DNA of 64,000 bases from an uncultured Actinomycetota bacterium (GCA_963844465.1 CAWJOR010000011.1:11128-75127); one strand, 5' to 3'; positions 1-8,077 are shown, counted from the first letter of the stretch. Program-made: numbers and translations. Notes: generated from the sequence alone by a model not told the origin.

Positions 1-387
1 ATTTGCCAGAAATTGGGGTTCACCGGCGCCCTCGGTAGCCGCGCCGAAGTGAAAGATGGGATTTACACCGGCCAGATGATTGGAAATCTTCTGCATGGCA
101 AAGAGAAGGCAACGGCCATAAAGGAGCTTGCGGTCGAACGTGGCTTTGATCTCTCGGAGTGCTATGCCTATTCCGACAGCCATAACGACCTTCCGCTGCT
201 GATGGCTGTGGGCCATCCGAGCGCGATCAATCCGGACGCCGTCCTGCGTATCCGCGCCCTGCGAGAGTCCTGGCCGATTCACGACTTCCGCCGCGCTCAA
301 ACGCTCAACCGCGTGCTCGGTCCAGTAGCTAGTTGGATGGCTGCGCTGGGCGTGCTTCTGACGCCTCGACGAAATAAAGATAGGTAA
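1..387 (+). CDS. HAD-IB family hydrolase (SerB-like), C-terminal part; the 5' end lies outside the window
   Basis: The frame is open from nt 1 (track ORF 13..387). GKEKATAIKELA...YAYSDSHNDLPLL...INPD matches the C-terminal motifs of HAD-IB phosphatases. Confidence 0.7.
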   Translation: MCQKLGFTGALGSRAEVKDGIYTGQMIGNLLHGKEKATAIKELAVERGFDLSECYAYSDSHNDLPLLMAVGHPSAINPDAVLRIRALRESWPIHDFRRAQTLNRVLGPVASWMAALGVLLTPRRNKDR

Positions 388-423
388 ACACCGAAGCAGA
401 TCACCCGCTAATGTAGAGCGGTT

Positions 424-2619
424 ATGGAAACGCGCTCTTTTGCAGATTACCTTCGTGGGCTAGGCGACCCCGAACTACTCTCACTTTTTGCGCTCAGGCC
501 GGATTTGGTCTCACCCGTCCCTCATGACATTGCCTCGCTGGCAGTCCGTGCGAACTCTGCGCCGAGTCTTTCCCGCGCGGTTGAGCGTCTTAATGAGTGG
601 CAGTTTCAAGTTTTAGAAGCATGTGCCGCCCTTGATGAACCTATGAGCGAGAAAGAAATCGTTTCGGTAACTGATTCGTCCGCGAAGTTCGTCATTCCCC
701 ACCTGGCGAATATGGCACTGTTGTACAAATCCAAAGACGGTTACCGACTTCCAAATTCCCTTCGTGAAGTACTGGGAAATGAACCAGCCGGGTTAGGGCC
801 TGCTTCAATGGCCAAACTATCGATGAAGAAACTCGCTGAAGCACCAGAGGCAGCAAAGAAAGTTCTAGAGAAACTTACTTGGGGTCCTCCGCGCGGAAGC
901 GTCGGAGATATCCGCAATCCCGGACCCGGAATCGCATGGCTGCTTAAAGAGAATTTCCTTGTCCCACTTGATCAACGCACCGTCATTCTTCCGCGAAGCG
1001 TCGCGATCTATTTGCGAGGCGGCAAGATCCACAAACACCCCTCACCCAATCCTCCTGTGCTCACGGGGCGATCAATCCAGCAGAAGGTTTCTGATAGAGC
1101 AGCAATCGCCAACATCTCAACGATCTTGCGATGGTGCGAGGAGATTTTGAACTTCTGGTCGGAGGAGCCACCAAGTGCTCTCCGTGCCGGAGGTCTGGGA
1201 GTACGAGACCTAAAAGCTGCAGCACAGCATCTCGGGGTGGACGAAAGTTGCGCAGCATTCGTTGCTGAGCTTGTCTATTTGAGCGGTTTGGTTGTCCTGG
1301 AAGGAAACGATCAAGTTCTTCCAACGCACGCCTTTGACATCTGGCTGACGCAAAGCCCGCAGACACGCTGGCGCGCGATTGTTTCTCTCTGGCTAATTAC
1401 TTCGCGTGTAAGCGGATTGATCGGCCGAGCTGAATCGAAACACATCTCGGCCCTAGGTCCCGAACTCGATCGCGTCAACGCATCAAGTACCCGCCGGCTG
1501 ACCCTGGAAGTTCTCGCCCAACATCCCGAAATTTCCCCCGATGTTGAAGCGCTACTTGCGCTTATTAAATGGAGAGCACCGGCAAGGCGAAACCCCGGAT
1601 TCCAGAGCGACCTCGTCAGGTGGACCCTTCGAGAAGCCGAATGGCTGGGGATCACCGGACAGGGCGCAATGTCAAAGTACGGCCTTGCCTTCTTAAGCGG
1701 GCGCGAGGACTGTGAAATCGACTCGGACTTACCCAAGCCAATCGACCATATTCTTATTCAGAGCGACAACACCGCTATCGCCCCAGGTCGCCTAGAAATA
1801 GGTATAGCCCGCGTATTGGACTCCATTGCAGATATCGAAAGTCGTGGAGGCGCAACTGTCTACCGCTTCAGCGAAGCATCCATCCGACGAGGGTTGGACC
1901 ATGGCAAGACGGGTGAGGAGATAAAGGATTTTCTCCGTAAAACATCCAAAACACCGGTGCCGCAGCCTCTTGATTATCTAATTGGAGACGTTGCAAAACG
2001 TCACGGCCGACTCCGTGTCGGAAATACGAGCTCCTACCTTCGCTGCGAGGATCCCACACTTCTCACTCAGATAATCAGCGACAAAAAACTAGAGGGATTC
2101 CCACTCCGTCGAATCGCCTCCGAAGTCCTTGTCTGCGATCTTGACGCGAACGAATTCATGATCGCTCTTCGCGGCGCCGGATACATGCCAGCTGCAGAAT
2201 CGAGCACAGGCATCTTGATAACTGGACAGAAAGTGAATCGTGCCAAATCAAAACCCCGTCCACCTCGGGTGATTGGCGAAATAGAAACACCTTCTGAGGA
2301 ATCTCTAACCTCTGCCGTTCGCGCGCTTCGCGTCGCCGAACGTTCGAGCCACAAGCAAACCTCGCTTCGCGAGATCGCCGCCAACGCCCTCGGATCCCTT
2401 CCACGAACCACAGCCAACGAAACACTGGACTTGTTGCACAAATTCATTGTCGAAGGACAGACGCTCTCAATCGGATATGCAGACAACAACGGCTCGGTCA
2501 CTCATCGAATCATCGACCCACTTAGCATCAGCGCAGGCTCACTGATTGCGCGAGATCATGGAACAGGTGAAATCCAAACCTTCAGGATCCCTCGAATCAC
2601 CGGAGTTGCACCACTCTAA
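424..2619 (+). CDS. Helicase-associated protein, the conserved actinobacterial neighbour of XPB (Rv0862c-like)
   Basis: 731-aa uninterrupted ORF. The family assignment rests on size and on my memory of the XPB partner gene in mycobacteria. I recognised no catalytic motif. Confidence 0.5.
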   Translation: METRSFADYLRGLGDPELLSLFALRPDLVSPVPHDIASLAVRANSAPSLSRAVERLNEWQFQVLEACAALDEPMSEKEIVSVTDSSAKFVIPHLANMALLYKSKDGYRLPNSLREVLGNEPAGLGPASMAKLSMKKLAEAPEAAKKVLEKLTWGPPRGSVGDIRNPGPGIAWLLKENFLVPLDQRTVILPRSVAIYLRGGKIHKHPSPNPPVLTGRSIQQKVSDRAAIANISTILRWCEEILNFWSEEPPSALRAGGLGVRDLKAAAQHLGVDESCAAFVAELVYLSGLVVLEGNDQVLPTHAFDIWLTQSPQTRWRAIVSLWLITSRVSGLIGRAESKHISALGPELDRVNASSTRRLTLEVLAQHPEISPDVEALLALIKWRAPARRNPGFQSDLVRWTLREAEWLGITGQGAMSKYGLAFLSGREDCEIDSDLPKPIDHILIQSDNTAIAPGRLEIGIARVLDSIADIESRGGATVYRFSEASIRRGLDHGKTGEEIKDFLRKTSKTPVPQPLDYLIGDVAKRHGRLRVGNTSSYLRCEDPTLLTQIISDKKLEGFPLRRIASEVLVCDLDANEFMIALRGAGYMPAAESSTGILITGQKVNRAKSKPRPPRVIGEIETPSEESLTSAVRALRVAERSSHKQTSLREIAANALGSLPRTTANETLDLLHKFIVEGQTLSIGYADNNGSVTHRIIDPLSISAGSLIARDHGTGEIQTFRIPRITGVAPL

Positions 2620-2672
2620 GCGCCACAAAATGATGAACCCGGACACCCGATCCTGGACTAAGAACGAAATTA

Positions 2673-2699
2673 AGTATAGTTTAGTGCTTAAACTATACT
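2673..2699. promoter_or_regulatory. Perfect 11-bp inverted repeat (AGTATAGTTTA-N5-TAAACTATACT) upstream of fic; candidate operator
   Basis: The arms at 2673-2683 and 2689-2699 are exact reverse complements. The repeat lies in an AT-rich spacer, with a TAGAAT -10-like hexamer at 2712-2717 and the fic ATG at 2763. Confidence 0.4.
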
Positions 2700-2762
2700 A
2701 ATTGTCATCCATAGAATAGTTTAAATGCTAGCCTTTACTGCAAGTTGGCAGAGGGAGGGGTC

Positions 2763-3965
2763 ATGCGAGGCAAATTTGTACGCCGAACGTGGGAGTACAA
2801 CCCCGCTCATTACGCCCCTCCTGGCTATCGCCGAGCCTGCCACTACGAAGCCTTCATTCCAGATGACCTCGCCAACTTCGCTGAACCGCTGACGGGGGAA
2901 CTTGCAGGGGCGGTTTCTGAGGCTGAGACCGCCATACACCAACTGAATGCACGGGCACTTCCGGCGCTAGCGCCTTTGGCCCGGTTGCTTTTGCGCTCCG
3001 AATCAATCGCTTCTTCCAAAGTTGAGGGAATGCAGGTCGATTCGCGCGATCTGGCTCGAGCAGAAGCCAAACTCGAAACGGGCGGAAAGGCCGGTCCGAA
3101 CGCCCGGGAGATCCTCGCCAATATCGATGCGATGGAATTGGCAATCGACCATGCCACCATTGCGGAAACCATCACCGTAGAGAATATTGTCGATATCCAT
3201 CGGATCCTCTTGGCATCGGCGACCAATCACCATGTGGCTGGAGTGATTCGAAACGAACAGAATTGGATTGGTGGAAATGATTACAATCCTTGCGATGCCG
3301 ATTTCGTGCCGCCACCGCAAGAGGAAGTCTCACGGCTTCTTGCCGATCTTTGCAAAGCGATAAACGAAGATCACCTTCCACCAGTTGTTCAGGCAGGTTT
3401 AGTTCACGCGCAATTCGAAACGATCCATCCATTTCATGATGGCAACGGTCGAACAGGCCGAGCCCTCATACATGTCGTATTGAGGCGCCGTGGAATGACA
3501 CCTCAATACGTGCCGCCGATAAGCATTGTGCTCGCATCAAGCAAAGAACGTTATGTACGGGGTCTGTCGAATTTTAGAGAAGGCGATTTTACTGACTGGT
3601 TGACCACTTTCGCGGCGGCGGCGACGCAGTCAGCTAATCTAGCCAGCAGCTATCTGGGCGAAGTTGAGATGCTCCAGAAAGAATGGAGAGCGGCGCTGGG
3701 TGCGGCGGCAAATCCCCGAGCCGATGCCGCTGCTTGGAAGATTATTGAGGCACTGCCGGCTCACCCGATGATTACTGTGGCCGTTGCTGTAGTGATGGTG
3801 GGACGGACTAAAGCCGCGGTCAGTGAAGCAATGGCGCAACTTGAACTTGCAGGTGTCCTAATTCGTGAATCGCAAGGTCAGAGAAATAGAACATGGGAAG
3901 CCAGGGGACTTTTGAACCTTCTTAACGATCTTGAATCCGGGGTGATCCCAAAAAAACGAGGTTGA
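2763..3965 (+). CDS. Fic family protein (AMPylase-type, class II with an intramolecular inhibitory motif) and a C-terminal winged-helix-like tail
   Basis: Canonical Fic motif HPFHDGNGRTGRA. An N-terminal SSKVEG fits the [ST]xxxE[GN] inhibitory helix. The ATG at 2763 follows GAGGGAGGGG, so the track start at 2745 looks over-extended. Confidence 0.85.
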   Translation: MRGKFVRRTWEYNPAHYAPPGYRRACHYEAFIPDDLANFAEPLTGELAGAVSEAETAIHQLNARALPALAPLARLLLRSESIASSKVEGMQVDSRDLARAEAKLETGGKAGPNAREILANIDAMELAIDHATIAETITVENIVDIHRILLASATNHHVAGVIRNEQNWIGGNDYNPCDADFVPPPQEEVSRLLADLCKAINEDHLPPVVQAGLVHAQFETIHPFHDGNGRTGRALIHVVLRRRGMTPQYVPPISIVLASSKERYVRGLSNFREGDFTDWLTTFAAAATQSANLASSYLGEVEMLQKEWRAALGAAANPRADAAAWKIIEALPAHPMITVAVAVVMVGRTKAAVSEAMAQLELAGVLIRESQGQRNRTWEARGLLNLLNDLESGVIPKKRG

Positions 3966-4129
3966 AGATTTATATTGCACAGAGAGCCTTTATGATCCCA
4001 TTGCTTCCAAATCAAAATAAGAGGGAGGCTGATTTGGAGATGAGGTCACACACAAGCCGGGTTGCCGATGCACGTCGCATATTCAAATCAAACACTCACG
4101 GAAAATAACTACTCCTGTAGCATCCCCTG

Positions 4130-4816
4130 ATGATAACAATCGGATTACTTGGCGACCGGAATCCATCTTTCATAACTCATCAAGCAATTGATAGGGCGCT
4201 CGATCTTTTCAATAATCGTGGTCAGAATGTAGAGGCCGCCTGGTTAGGGACCAAGCATGTTTCATTACACGAACTCATAGCAGTTGAGGGCCTTTGGGTG
4301 CTTCCTGGAACACCGTATGAAAATGAGGAAATTGTCTTTGAGGCCTTGAGTATGCGACGCGAGGAGAATCGTCCAACTCTCGGTACGTGCGGTGGGTTTC
4401 AACATATGGTTTTGGAATTTGCGCGGAATAAGGTGGGGCTCCAGAGCGCCTCCCATGAAGAGACCGCAGGTGACGGCGGGCCCCTAGTTATTAGTTCTCT
4501 GCCATGTAGTTTGGTGGGCGAAGAACGATTGGTCCATTGTGTATCCGGAACAAGAATGGCTCAGATTTGTGGAAGCGAACCGTTTGTGGGATTCCACTAC
4601 TGCAACTATGGGGTCAACCCCGACTATCAAGCGGCGCTAGAGAAAGCCGGCTTGCGTCTGTCTGCCTTTGCTGAGGATGCCGGTATCGAGGCCATAGAGT
4701 TGAACGCCCACCCTTTCTATATGGGGACTTTGTTCCAACCACAAATGGGGCTACTTCAGGGATTTGGACTGCATCCACTGATTGAAAGCTTTTTGAACGT
4801 CGCCCAAACGGCGTAG
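4130..4816 (+). CDS. Stand-alone CTP-synthase C-terminal-domain-like class I glutamine amidotransferase homologue; His/Glu of the catalytic triad are replaced
   Basis: GTCGGFQ nucleophile elbow, FHYCNYGVN, and HPFYMGTLFQPQ where CTP synthases have HPxFxxxQFHPE. Confidence 0.6.
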   Translation: MITIGLLGDRNPSFITHQAIDRALDLFNNRGQNVEAAWLGTKHVSLHELIAVEGLWVLPGTPYENEEIVFEALSMRREENRPTLGTCGGFQHMVLEFARNKVGLQSASHEETAGDGGPLVISSLPCSLVGEERLVHCVSGTRMAQICGSEPFVGFHYCNYGVNPDYQAALEKAGLRLSAFAEDAGIEAIELNAHPFYMGTLFQPQMGLLQGFGLHPLIESFLNVAQTA

Positions 4817-4883
4817 TCGATTCCCTGCCACCTGCATGCCGAATGAATTCGACGCAAAGTTGCTTCGGTTTTGGAAATGATCG

Positions 4884-4918
4884 CAGGGATTGTATTAACG
4901 ATTGGCGGGATTGCCGAG
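4884..4918 (+). repeat. Intergenic island repeat, copy 1 (CAGGGATTGTATTAACGATTGGCGGGATTGCCGAG)
   Basis: Shares the 24-nt core TTG[TC]ATTAACGATT[GA]G[TC]GGG[GA]TTG with copies at 6586, 7425 and 7937. It lies 68 nt after the stop of the GATase-like gene. Confidence 0.8.
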
Positions 4919-5042
4919 TTCTGTTGAGTAACCTTCGCGGGCCAGACCGCACATAGCAAGATGCGGGTCGCGAATAGGCGTTCAGACCGCCATATTAGCG
5001 ATATTCATTCTGGAAAAATTCCAACCAAAGGATTCAGCAGCA

Positions 5043-5714
5043 ATGCATATAAAAAGCGAACCTTCGATTTTGTATTTTGGAACCCCTGTTATTCTCATTA
5101 GCACTCTCAACGAAGATGGCACCTCCAATCTTGCACCTATGTCATCGGCATTTTGGCTTGGTTGGCGCTGCATACTTGGTTTATCTGCTAAATCGAAAAC
5201 TACACAGAACATGATTCGTACCGGTGCGTGTGTACTGAATTTGCCATCTGTAGAGGAAGTTGCTGCTGTTAATTGTCTGGCAAGGACGACGGGTTCCAAT
5301 CCCGTTCCTGAATCTAAGACGCTCAAAGGATACCGGTATGAATCCGACAAGTTTGGTATTGCTGGATTGACGCCGATAGCATCGGAAACAGTCGCGGCAC
5401 CACGAGTGCAAGAATGCCCCGTGCAACTTGAAGCAGTCGTCGAAGCTACACACGGGATCGCTGAAGATGACTTGAGGCAGCGTGGACATCTCGTTTGTAT
5501 TGAGGTGCGTATCCAGCGTGTGCATGTTGAAGAGTCAATATTGATGAGCGGAGAACCTAACCGGATTGATCCGAACAAGTGGCGTCCACTTATCATGAGC
5601 TTTCAAGAGTTCTATGGGCTTGGGCCACAGTTGCAAGCTTCAACACTGGCGCAAATCTCAGAGTCCTTGTATCGAAGCCCGGATGTTGACCGGGCCCGTA
5701 ATGTGAAAGAATAA
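5043..5714 (+). CDS. Flavin reductase family protein (FMN-binding split-barrel)
   Basis: 223-aa ORF. Its length and overall sequence resemble flavin reductase-like domain proteins. The call is by recognition only. Confidence 0.55.
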   Translation: MHIKSEPSILYFGTPVILISTLNEDGTSNLAPMSSAFWLGWRCILGLSAKSKTTQNMIRTGACVLNLPSVEEVAAVNCLARTTGSNPVPESKTLKGYRYESDKFGIAGLTPIASETVAAPRVQECPVQLEAVVEATHGIAEDDLRQRGHLVCIEVRIQRVHVEESILMSGEPNRIDPNKWRPLIMSFQEFYGLGPQLQASTLAQISESLYRSPDVDRARNVKE

Positions 5715-5717
5715 TTT

Positions 5718-6572
5718 ATGGCGCAGAATGTTTCGAGTATCCAAAAATCAGATTATGACCGCATCGCCGAAGCAATTTCTTTCATTACCAGCCGAGTAAA
5801 TGATCAGCCGACATTAGAAGAGATAGCGGGGCACTTGCACTTAAGTCCCTTTCACTTCCAACGCCTATTCTGTCGCTGGGCCGGCGTGACGCCGAAAAGA
5901 TATTTGCAAGTACTTACTCTGGAGCGGGCCAAGCAATTGCTGAGCGAATCGAAATCCGTGCTCGAAGTTTCAGACTCCCTGGGGTTGAGCAGTGGTTCGC
6001 GCTTATACGATCACTTCGTCCAATTGGAAGCTGTTACTCCCGGAGAATTCAAGATGAGAGGAACGGGTGTAACCATCGAATATGCCATACAGGACACCCC
6101 TTTTGGGAAGGCGTTTCTTGCCACTACTCCCAGAGGAATTTGTAGTTTTGCATTTCTTGAGAACACAGAAATTAATGAGCATTTGTCTGATCTACACAAG
6201 AAGTGGCCACATGCGATTTTGCATGAAAATCAACAATCAACGCTTGCTGTGATTCAGGCAATGTTCGGAGAAGGGCGGGTATTAAGTCGTCCAATATCTT
6301 TGCACGTTTCTGGTACTAATTTTCAGATCAATGTGTGGAGAGCGTTATTACAGATACCTCCGGCGACAGTGGTGAGTTACTCTCAAGTGGCAAGCGCAAT
6401 TGGCCATCCGAAGTCCGCGAGAGCCGTGGGCCTTGCCGTTGGTAACAACCCTGTTGCATTTCTTATCCCTTGCCATCGCGTGATTCAACAAAGTGGCCAG
6501 ATTGGTGGTTATTACTGGGGCGAGACGCGAAAGCAAGCAATTCATGCATGGGAATCTGCCAGGCATGAATAG
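5718..6572 (+). CDS. AraC-type HTH fused to methylated-DNA-protein-cysteine methyltransferase (Ada/Ogt-like)
   Basis: The N-terminal LSPFHFQRLFCRWAGVTPKRYLQ is an AraC HTH. The C-terminal domain has the PCHRV active site (IPCHRVIQ). It starts 3 nt after the flavin reductase gene. Confidence 0.85.
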   Translation: MAQNVSSIQKSDYDRIAEAISFITSRVNDQPTLEEIAGHLHLSPFHFQRLFCRWAGVTPKRYLQVLTLERAKQLLSESKSVLEVSDSLGLSSGSRLYDHFVQLEAVTPGEFKMRGTGVTIEYAIQDTPFGKAFLATTPRGICSFAFLENTEINEHLSDLHKKWPHAILHENQQSTLAVIQAMFGEGRVLSRPISLHVSGTNFQINVWRALLQIPPATVVSYSQVASAIGHPKSARAVGLAVGNNPVAFLIPCHRVIQQSGQIGGYYWGETRKQAIHAWESARHE

Positions 6573-6580
6573 CCCTTACC

Positions 6581-6614
6581 CAGGGTTGTATTAACGATTG
6601 GTGGGGTTGGCGGA
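6581..6614 (+). repeat. Intergenic island repeat, copy 2 (CAGGGTTGTATTAACGATTGGTGGGGTTGGCGGA)
   Basis: Same core and orientation as copies 1, 3 and 4. It begins 9 nt after the AraC-MGMT stop codon. Confidence 0.8.
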
Positions 6615-6620
6615 TTTGAT

Positions 6621-6657
6621 CGTTCATGCTCTAGCGTTCATGTTTGTTCATGAACAA
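6621..6657. promoter_or_regulatory. Three GTTCATG half-sites ending in a perfect 14-bp palindrome TTGTTCATGAACAA; candidate operator for the PNPOx-family gene
   Basis: CGTTCATG occurs at 6621-6628 and 6635-6642. The palindrome is at 6644-6657, 43 nt upstream of the ORF start at 6700. Confidence 0.4.
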
Positions 6658-6699
6658 TGATCTTCCAAGATTCCCCGATAAGTTGAGTCCGACCAAATC

Positions 6700-7293
6700 G
6701 TGGGATGCTTGATCGCCGTCTCACATCTCGCTGATATAGTCGATTACGTGGGACAGGTTCACGAGCGCATCGACGGCAGACTCCGCGAGTTCATCGAGGC
6801 GCAGCACATCTACTTCGTGGGCACGGCGCCGCTAGAGGCTGACGGCCACATTAACCTCTCTCCGAAGGGGCATCGAGATACGTTCGCGGTACTGAACGAG
6901 CACACCGTTGCCTACCTCGACCTCACGGGAAGCGGAGTCGAATCGCTCGCGCACATCCGGCAGAACGGTCGCGTCGTCGTTATGTTCTGCGCGTTCGAAG
7001 GGCCGCCGAACATCGTGCGACTGCACGGCAAGGGCACGGTTCATACGCAAGGCGACGAGAACTTCGACGAACTCGCGGGGTTATTTCCGTCACGGCCGGG
7101 TGCCCGAGCCGTGGTGATCGTCGACGTGTCGCGTGTCAGCAGTTCCTGCGGCTTCGCCGTGCCGTCCTTCGACCACGTTGGCGACCGGGACTTGCTGGAG
7201 AAGTGGACCGAACGTAAAACCGATGAAGAACTCGCCAACTACCGAGCGACGAAGAACAAAACAAGCATTGACGGGTTACCTGCCCTGGACTGA
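6700..7293 (+). CDS. Pyridoxamine 5'-phosphate oxidase family (FMN/F420-binding split-barrel) protein
   Basis: 197-aa ORF with a GTG start in the track. The sequence has PNPOx-like character (HINLSPKG...VVVMF). It is visibly more GC-rich than neighbouring genes. Confidence 0.55.
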   Translation: MGCLIAVSHLADIVDYVGQVHERIDGRLREFIEAQHIYFVGTAPLEADGHINLSPKGHRDTFAVLNEHTVAYLDLTGSGVESLAHIRQNGRVVVMFCAFEGPPNIVRLHGKGTVHTQGDENFDELAGLFPSRPGARAVVIVDVSRVSSSCGFAVPSFDHVGDRDLLEKWTERKTDEELANYRATKNKTSIDGLPALD

Positions 7294-7316
7294 TGAGATA
7301 GACCGCCCAGTCATCG

Positions 7317-7351
7317 CTTCAAAATTTCGGGACATTTGAAGGGCCTTTTTT
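7317..7351 (+). terminator. Weak rho-independent terminator-like hairpin after the PNPOx-family gene
   Basis: CTTCAAA (7317-7323) pairs with TTTGAAG (7335-7341), followed by GGCCTTTTTT. The stem is short and AT-rich. Confidence 0.3.
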
Positions 7352-7419
7352 GGTCTGCCAGTGCGGTCATAACCTGTCAACGGCATATGCACGCCCTCGA
7401 GATGTTGGTTGAGAGTTAG

Positions 7420-7453
7420 AGAAGATGCATTAACGATTAGTGGGGTTGCCCGA
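7420..7453 (+). repeat. Intergenic island repeat, copy 3 (AGAAGATGCATTAACGATTAGTGGGGTTGCCCGA)
   Basis: Same core and orientation. It lies between the PNPOx stop (7293) and the stop of the minus-strand VOC gene (7464). Confidence 0.75.
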
Positions 7454-7463
7454 TAACGCTGCT

Positions 7464-7856
7464 CTATTTTGGTTGTAGAAATTCGAGACGATTGCCGAAC
7501 GGATCCTCAGAGTAGAAGCGATGGAATCCGGGAAAGTTATCATCCCATGTGACCGGGACACCATGCTTTTGAAGATGTTCGGCGAATGAAGCGAGGTCAC
7601 TTACGAGGATGCCTGGGTGTGCCTTTCGTATAGGAGAAAAGTCCTTGCCAACTCCGAGGTGGACTTCCAATCCACCGCCTCGGAACCAGCAACCGCCACG
7701 TGCTGCAAGTACTGGCGGTTTTCCGAGTTCAACCATGCCAAGGATTGTTCCCCAAAAGTTGCGGCATTGTTCCTCACTGCCAATGGGAATAGTCAAATTA
7801 ATATGATGCAGACCTTTGAAACCGAAGGGCAAATCATTCATCATGGGTTGAATCAT
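7464..7856 (-). CDS. VOC (glyoxalase/bleomycin-resistance/dioxygenase) family protein
   Basis: FKGLHHINLTIP...HLGV...HPGILV...GNRLEF is a typical VOC fold pattern. I place the start at the ATG at 7856 (MIQPMMNDL); the track start at 7979 would run through repeat copy 4. Confidence 0.65.
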   Translation of the reverse strand: MIQPMMNDLPFGFKGLHHINLTIPIGSEEQCRNFWGTILGMVELGKPPVLAARGGCWFRGGGLEVHLGVGKDFSPIRKAHPGILVSDLASFAEHLQKHGVPVTWDDNFPGFHRFYSEDPFGNRLEFLQPK

Positions 7857-7930
7857 GTCATCACCGACTTCACTGACATTCGGTGCCTCGCCGCAAACGT
7901 TGGTCAGAGTTCGACAGGGTAATGACAGAT

Positions 7931-7965
7931 ATGGGGTTGCATTAACGATTGGTGGGGTTGACCAA
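7931..7965 (+). repeat. Intergenic island repeat, copy 4 (ATGGGGTTGCATTAACGATTGGTGGGGTTGACCAA)
   Basis: Same core and orientation. It lies upstream of the VOC start and about 120 nt from the 3' end of the tRNA-like gene. Confidence 0.8.
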
Positions 7966-7986
7966 GGTTCTGTACACACAAATCGA

Positions 7987-8014
7987 AAGGGCTTCGAGTT
8001 TCCCCGAAGCCCTT
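7987..8014 (-). terminator. GC-rich 10-bp hairpin downstream of the tRNA-like gene (minus-strand sense)
   Basis: AAGGGCTTCG (7987-7996) pairs with CGAAGCCCTT (8005-8014). On the minus strand the hairpin is followed by TCGATTTGTGTG. Confidence 0.45.
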
Positions 8015-8077
8015 GCTCAACTCTCCTGACTTCTTGATCGGTGCCAATAGATCAGTCAAGAGAACTTGAGGCTACGG

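Noticed and set aside
6644-6657. Reading TTGTTCATGAACAA as a LexA/SOS box.
   Set aside because: Actinobacterial and Gram-positive SOS boxes are GAAC-N4-GTTC type. Here the half-sites are in the reverse arrangement (GTTC-AT-GAAC) with different spacing.
4884-7965. Reading the four island repeats as integron attC sites (a CALIN-type array).
   Set aside because: The motif has no internal inverted repeat and no flanking partner to form a folded bottom strand. It does not fit the R''/R' consensus (RYYYAAC ... GTTRRRY). It is much shorter than attC, one enclosed gene is on the opposite strand, and no intI is present.
4884-7965. Reading the island repeats as dif-like Xer sites (pdif-module style).
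   Set aside because: There is no 11-6-11 dyad structure and no resemblance to the conserved XerD arm (TTATGTnAAnT type) as I remember it.
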